From Pseudomonadales bacterium (GTDB lineage: Bacteria; Patescibacteriota; Microgenomatia; UBA1400; PJMF01): 64,000 nt of DNA. The position numbers and the translations under genes are program-made. The stretch is from assembly GCA_020632255.1 (NCBI GenBank), contig JACKFX010000002.1, positions 18,905 through 82,904 of the forward strand. Reading direction: 5' to 3'. Under the pieces are notes generated by a model that worked only from the letters and a program-made list of their open reading frames with translations, did no database searches and had not been told where the DNA came from. Positions 60,011-64,000 of this stretch are shown here, one piece after another. Position 1 is the first letter of the stretch. Each line of letters starts with the position of its first letter.

Positions 60011-61654
60011 CTAGTCAGTAGTAGTTGACTCAGAAACACCCATTATGACCATTTGTAGGGAGGCTCTATTTTTCCAAACATTTTTTTCGATTACTCCCAC
60101 TAAGGTGTAGCTTTTTCCGACTTCCAGCTTTGGAACTCTAAATGCCTGTCGCCATCCGATTACTTTTAGAGCTGGGGCATCTTCATGTAATTGGACAGTA
60201 AGCAATAAGTGAGAACCATCCTTACCCATAGTTTTTGCAGTTAATAGTTTCACCTCATGAATAGCAAAGACAGGATAATCGTTTCCACTTCCAAACGGTG
60301 CAAAACTATCCAACACATCGACTAAGTCTAGAGATACAAGTTCTGCAGGAATTTGAAATTCGATTGTCAAGGTTGCCTCAAGCATTTCTTTTGAAATTTC
60401 AGTCAATGCTGCCGTCTGAATATCAGTTATCAATTTCTCGAGCTTAATAAGCTCAACACCAAAACCAGCCGCCATTGGATGCCCCCCTAGAGAAGTCATC
60501 CTATCTTTAAAGTTTCTCAAGTAATTGGTTATGTGCACACCTGGCACGGACCGAACTGATGCCTTAGCTGTATGTTCAGAAACAGCCAAAACAATGGCGG
60601 GTTTAGAAAACTTTTCGACAAGTCGGCCTGCAAGTAAACCAATAATTCCTTCATGGAATTGGTCAGAGCTAATGACGAGCATATGTTGATCTTCTTGTTC
60701 TTTAGCTTGTTGGATAGCCAAATCGTAGAGCTCTCTTGTGAGTTCTTGTCGCTCACTATTCGTTGAGGTCAGGACCTCCGTCAGTTCTGCTACTTGTTGA
60801 GGATTGTTTGAACATAGCAGCCGAAGAGCGTCCATACCATGTGCTAATCTACCCATTGCATTTATACGAGGTGCAAGCACAAATCCCACTGTTGTGCTAT
60901 CTACCTCTGCTTGCAGAGATCCAGCTGCTTTTAATAACGAGATAATACCGCGACGTTGTGTAGTGCGAAGCGCCTCGATACCATACCTAGCAAATGATCG
61001 ATTGGCATGAAATAAGGGAACTTGATCTGCTATGGTAGCTATTCCAGCCAAATCGAGTAAACTATTTGCAAACTCTGTTTTAACCAGATCTCGAATGAGC
61101 ATCCATCCCACAGAAGCTCCACACAGCTGTGTTGAGTGCACAACGGCAGTAGCTGTTGGAAGTAATTCTTCAGGTTGATGATGGTCAGTTAAAATAAGAT
61201 CGATATTTTGAGCAACTAAAAAGTCTGCTGCTTCATGTGCCACAATTCCATTATCGACGGTGACTATCAAAGATGGGTTATGTGTTTCAATAACTTCTTC
61301 AAGAGCACCAACAGACAAACCATATCCATGCTTATCTCGAAGCGGAATAAATGGTTTGGCAACAATGCCATACTCTTTCAGAGCCAACCAGACAATAGCT
61401 GAAGCAGTGATGCCATCAGCATCATAGTCACCAAAAATAACCACGGTCTCGCCAGTTTTTTTGGCCTCTGCCAAACGATCATGGGCAGTCTGTAATTCTG
61501 CAACATTTAGACCACATGCTTCTAATGCCAACTCGCTCGGATGCTTTGGAAAAAAAAAGTTCTCAAGATTAGTGATGTTTCTGTTTTTTGCCAAAAGTGT
61601 TTTGACTTCATCAAAGCTTTGAGGGATTTCATCTGAGAGATACTGCCATTTCAT
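60011..61654 (-). CDS. recJ: single-stranded-DNA-specific exonuclease RecJ
   Basis: DHH family: ..VVIFGDYDADGITA.., LILTDHHQP, and a DHHA1 region with GGH..AAG. Confidence 0.85.
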   Translation of the reverse strand: MKWQYLSDEIPQSFDEVKTLLAKNRNITNLENFFFPKHPSELALEACGLNVAELQTAHDRLAEAKKTGETVVIFGDYDADGITASAIVWLALKEYGIVAKPFIPLRDKHGYGLSVGALEEVIETHNPSLIVTVDNGIVAHEAADFLVAQNIDLILTDHHQPEELLPTATAVVHSTQLCGASVGWMLIRDLVKTEFANSLLDLAGIATIADQVPLFHANRSFARYGIEALRTTQRRGIISLLKAAGSLQAEVDSTTVGFVLAPRINAMGRLAHGMDALRLLCSNNPQQVAELTEVLTSTNSERQELTRELYDLAIQQAKEQEDQHMLVISSDQFHEGIIGLLAGRLVEKFSKPAIVLAVSEHTAKASVRSVPGVHITNYLRNFKDRMTSLGGHPMAAGFGVELIKLEKLITDIQTAALTEISKEMLEATLTIEFQIPAELVSLDLVDVLDSFAPFGSGNDYPVFAIHEVKLLTAKTMGKDGSHLLLTVQLHEDAPALKVIGWRQAFRVPKLEVGKSYTLVGVIEKNVWKNRASLQMVIMGVSESTTTD

Positions 61655-61736
61655 ACCTACACAATGTACGCTAAAAATACCCTAAAAGGAAGTGGCTCCA
61701 CTCGTTTTCTCGGGTTTAATTAGCTATAATGGAAAG

Positions 61737-63302
61737 ATGATAACAATTACCGTCGATACTGAAGTACTATTTATCATTCATACCCTACAAAAAGCTGGTT
61801 TTGAAGCCTACATCGTTGGGGGCGCGGTTCGTGACATCCTCTTGGCAGTTGATGATGACAGTATTTCGGTAACTGACTTTGACTTTACCACCAATGCCAA
61901 ACCAAAAGAGATTTTAGAACTCTTTGCCGATTCATTTTATGAAAACACTTTTGGTACAGTCAGCATTACTCGAGAACATGTTCGAGAGCACATGCCCGTT
62001 GCACTTTCACTTGCATTACATGATGACAACCTGAGTAGTACCAACAATAAACTCATAGATATTGAATCTGCCTCAAAAATTCATGAATCGCTTGCAGACG
62101 CCACACATCAGCATAAAGCCCCTGAGTACCAAACAAAAGCTCTCTATGAGATCACTACCTTCCGAAGTGATGGTGCCTACACCAACAACCGTCATCCCGA
62201 AACTGTCACCTGGGGTGAGTCCTTGAAAGAGGATGTTGATCGTCGTGACTTTACCATCAACGCCCTGGCTCTGGAGATTGATCAAGCTTTTTGTACTTCA
62301 ATCTTAGAAAAAAAAGAAACCTCAGAATACACACAGGTTCCTGCTGAAGCCTACACCCTCATTGATTACCATGAAGGTATCACTGATCTTAAAAACGGTC
62401 TTATTCGTACTGTTGGCAATCCAAACAAACGTTTTATGGAGGATGCTCTTAGAATCTTGCGTGCAATACGTTTTTCAGTCCAACTCAACATGCAGATCGA
62501 AGATGAAACCTACGCCGCAATTGAGACACATGCCAAACTTCTACAAAATATTAGCTGGGAACGCATTCGTGATGAATTTTTAAAAATGCTCGCTAGTAAC
62601 TACCCTCGTGAAGCAATTGAAATTTTAGATGCTTGTGGTTGCTTAGAATACCTTCTTCCAGAGTTGCTTCTCGGTAAGGGTGTCGAACAAGGAGGCCACC
62701 ATACAACTGATGTTTGGGAGCACTCATTGGCAGCCCTCGAAACCTGTCCTTCAAAAGACCCGATCGTGCGTTTAGCTACGTTAATTCACGATATTGGTAA
62801 GCCAGATACGTTTAAGAGAATTAATGGCCAACCAACTTTCTATAATCATGAAGTAGTCGGGGCACATATGGCAAAATCTATTTGTCGCCGCCTAAAACTT
62901 TCAAAAGAAGAAACCGAACGAATTTTTATCTTGGTACGTAATCACATGTTCTACTATCAGCCAGAGAATACCGACGCTTCGATTCGCCGGTTTATGCGCA
63001 AAGTTGGCCTGAATAACATTGATGACATCTTAGATCTGCGTGAAGGCGACCGCTTAGGCAGTGGAGCTAAAAAAACCAGCTGGCGCCTCGAGGAAATGAA
63101 ACAACGCATGGTTGAACAACTTCATCAACCATTCGCTATCAAAGATCTGGCTATTAATGGGCATGATTTGATGAATGAGCTTGGACTGAAGCCAGGACCT
63201 CGGCTTGGTGAAATTCTCCAGCAACTATTTGAAGAAGTCTTGGAAGATCCAGAGTTAAATACTAGGGAAGCGTTGCTTGAAAAAGCTAAAGAGCTGGCTT
63301 AA
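61737..63302 (+). CDS. cca: CCA-adding tRNA nucleotidyltransferase / poly(A) polymerase with HD domain
   Basis: YIVGGAVRDILL...DFDFTT (class-II NTase head), RDFTINA, HD-domain LIHDIGK. Start at the ATG at 61737, which has a GGAAAG RBS. Confidence 0.8.
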   Translation: MITITVDTEVLFIIHTLQKAGFEAYIVGGAVRDILLAVDDDSISVTDFDFTTNAKPKEILELFADSFYENTFGTVSITREHVREHMPVALSLALHDDNLSSTNNKLIDIESASKIHESLADATHQHKAPEYQTKALYEITTFRSDGAYTNNRHPETVTWGESLKEDVDRRDFTINALALEIDQAFCTSILEKKETSEYTQVPAEAYTLIDYHEGITDLKNGLIRTVGNPNKRFMEDALRILRAIRFSVQLNMQIEDETYAAIETHAKLLQNISWERIRDEFLKMLASNYPREAIEILDACGCLEYLLPELLLGKGVEQGGHHTTDVWEHSLAALETCPSKDPIVRLATLIHDIGKPDTFKRINGQPTFYNHEVVGAHMAKSICRRLKLSKEETERIFILVRNHMFYYQPENTDASIRRFMRKVGLNNIDDILDLREGDRLGSGAKKTSWRLEEMKQRMVEQLHQPFAIKDLAINGHDLMNELGLKPGPRLGEILQQLFEEVLEDPELNTREALLEKAKELA

Positions 63303-63943
63303 TTTCTCTTAGTTGTATCTATAATTTCAATTGAATCATCAATTATTTTGACATACTGATGATTTGTTAGAACAAGCACAGGAAACTGTTTTGCGTGGTA
63401 CATGAGCTGTAATCGGCCCTCTAAATATCGTTTTTTAAAGTCGTCAGACCCCCAATGCGGTAGAACTATAAAATTTACAAACCCGTATCCCGCTGCATTT
63501 AGGAACGCATCATCAATGTTTTTTTCACCAAGATCAAGTAAATACTCTGGAAGCTGTGGACCTGCAATAATTGAGCCTGCGCTCGTACCCACATAGATCT
63601 TGTCCATTTCTTCAACTAATGTATGTACAACTTCAAAAAATCCTGAAACATGTGACTGTTGCAGCATGAAAAAGGTGTTTCCACCTGAAACATAGATAAT
63701 GTCGTACGAGCTTAAATCCTGGAGCAACTGCACAGCGTTCTTATTCTCAATACTGTAATCTGTGACATCTAAACCCGCTGCTACAAGAGAATCTCGATCA
63801 TCCATCAACCACTGCCTATCACCCTCTTCTGCATCTGCAGGCGTGGTAATGAAAGCTAACTTGTTTTCTTTTTTAAGATCCAAATGCTGCACCCAGTGAT
63901 CAGAAACTGTGTGGGTGCTGGAGGTTAAAATAAGTCGCTTCAT
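63299..63943 (-). CDS. S51 peptidase (dipeptidase E / cyanophycinase-like)
   Basis: ..IIYVSGGNTFFML.. and ..YVGTSAGSIIAG.. (catalytic Ser in GTSAGS). Confidence 0.75.
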   Translation of the reverse strand: MKRLILTSSTHTVSDHWVQHLDLKKENKLAFITTPADAEEGDRQWLMDDRDSLVAAGLDVTDYSIENKNAVQLLQDLSSYDIIYVSGGNTFFMLQQSHVSGFFEVVHTLVEEMDKIYVGTSAGSIIAGPQLPEYLLDLGEKNIDDAFLNAAGYGFVNFIVLPHWGSDDFKKRYLEGRLQLMYHAKQFPVLVLTNHQYVKIIDDSIEIIDTTKRN

Positions 63944-64000
63944 TTTTTCTTATTTTTGATTGCTAGACGACGCTTCTCAGCCACCTCATCCCAAAGAATT
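63940..64000 (-). CDS. 3' end of an unidentified CDS (5' part beyond window)
   Basis: Minus-strand frame reads ...ILWDEVAEKRRLAIKNKKK* with the stop at about 63940-63942, overlapping the start of the S51 peptidase gene. Confidence 0.25.
   Translation of the reverse strand, partial: ILWDEVAEKRRLAIKNKKK

Overview
This is a 64-kb window from a low-GC (roughly 40%) bacterial genome that uses the standard genetic code (ORFs are long and TGG/TGA behave normally). Gene content is mostly co-directional operons. Several proteins look reduced (a 474-aa AspRS, a class-I FbaB, a short alpha-glucan phosphorylase), which is compatible with a small-genome or CPR-like lineage, but that is inference only. 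Three themes dominate. (1) Two large cell-envelope glycosylation loci. Locus A (1-20590) has six tandem GT39/PMT-type GT-C membrane glycosyltransferases, a translationally coupled Wzx-GT2-GT2-GT2-GT4-GT2 operon, an LCP protein and rfbBCD. Locus B (42982-57103) has three to four more GT-C proteins, two DPM1-like polyprenyl-phosphate glycosyltransferases (one fused to GtrA), gmd, an fcl/rmd-like reductase and ugd, with corA and a response regulator/histidine kinase pair embedded. (2) A housekeeping block: trmD, gltX, ybeY, dnaX, ybaB, rdgB, an M29 aminopeptidase, fbaB, glgP, a KefB-like antiporter, dinB, a DEAD-box helicase, dacA-like, aspS, recJ, cca and a pepE-like peptidase. (3) An AT-rich accessory islet directly 3' of a tRNA-Gln(CUG) gene. 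It carries small cassette-like ORFs (a protein-kinase-like protein with a truncated paralog, an 8-Cys secreted mini-protein, a GNAT-like protein) separated by families of short direct repeats. These include an 18-nt exact copy of the tRNA 3' end, as at tRNA-targeted integration sites, but no integrase lies in the window. Downstream, a three-gene unknown operon (a 351-aa unknown, a HAD-like protein and an 81-aa protein) runs straight into dinB. A 440-bp non-coding stretch between aspS and recJ holds a rho-independent terminator and a possible small RNA. CDS coordinates come from the ORF track with in-frame start refinements. Repeat and RNA coordinates were read by eye and are approximate to a few nt.
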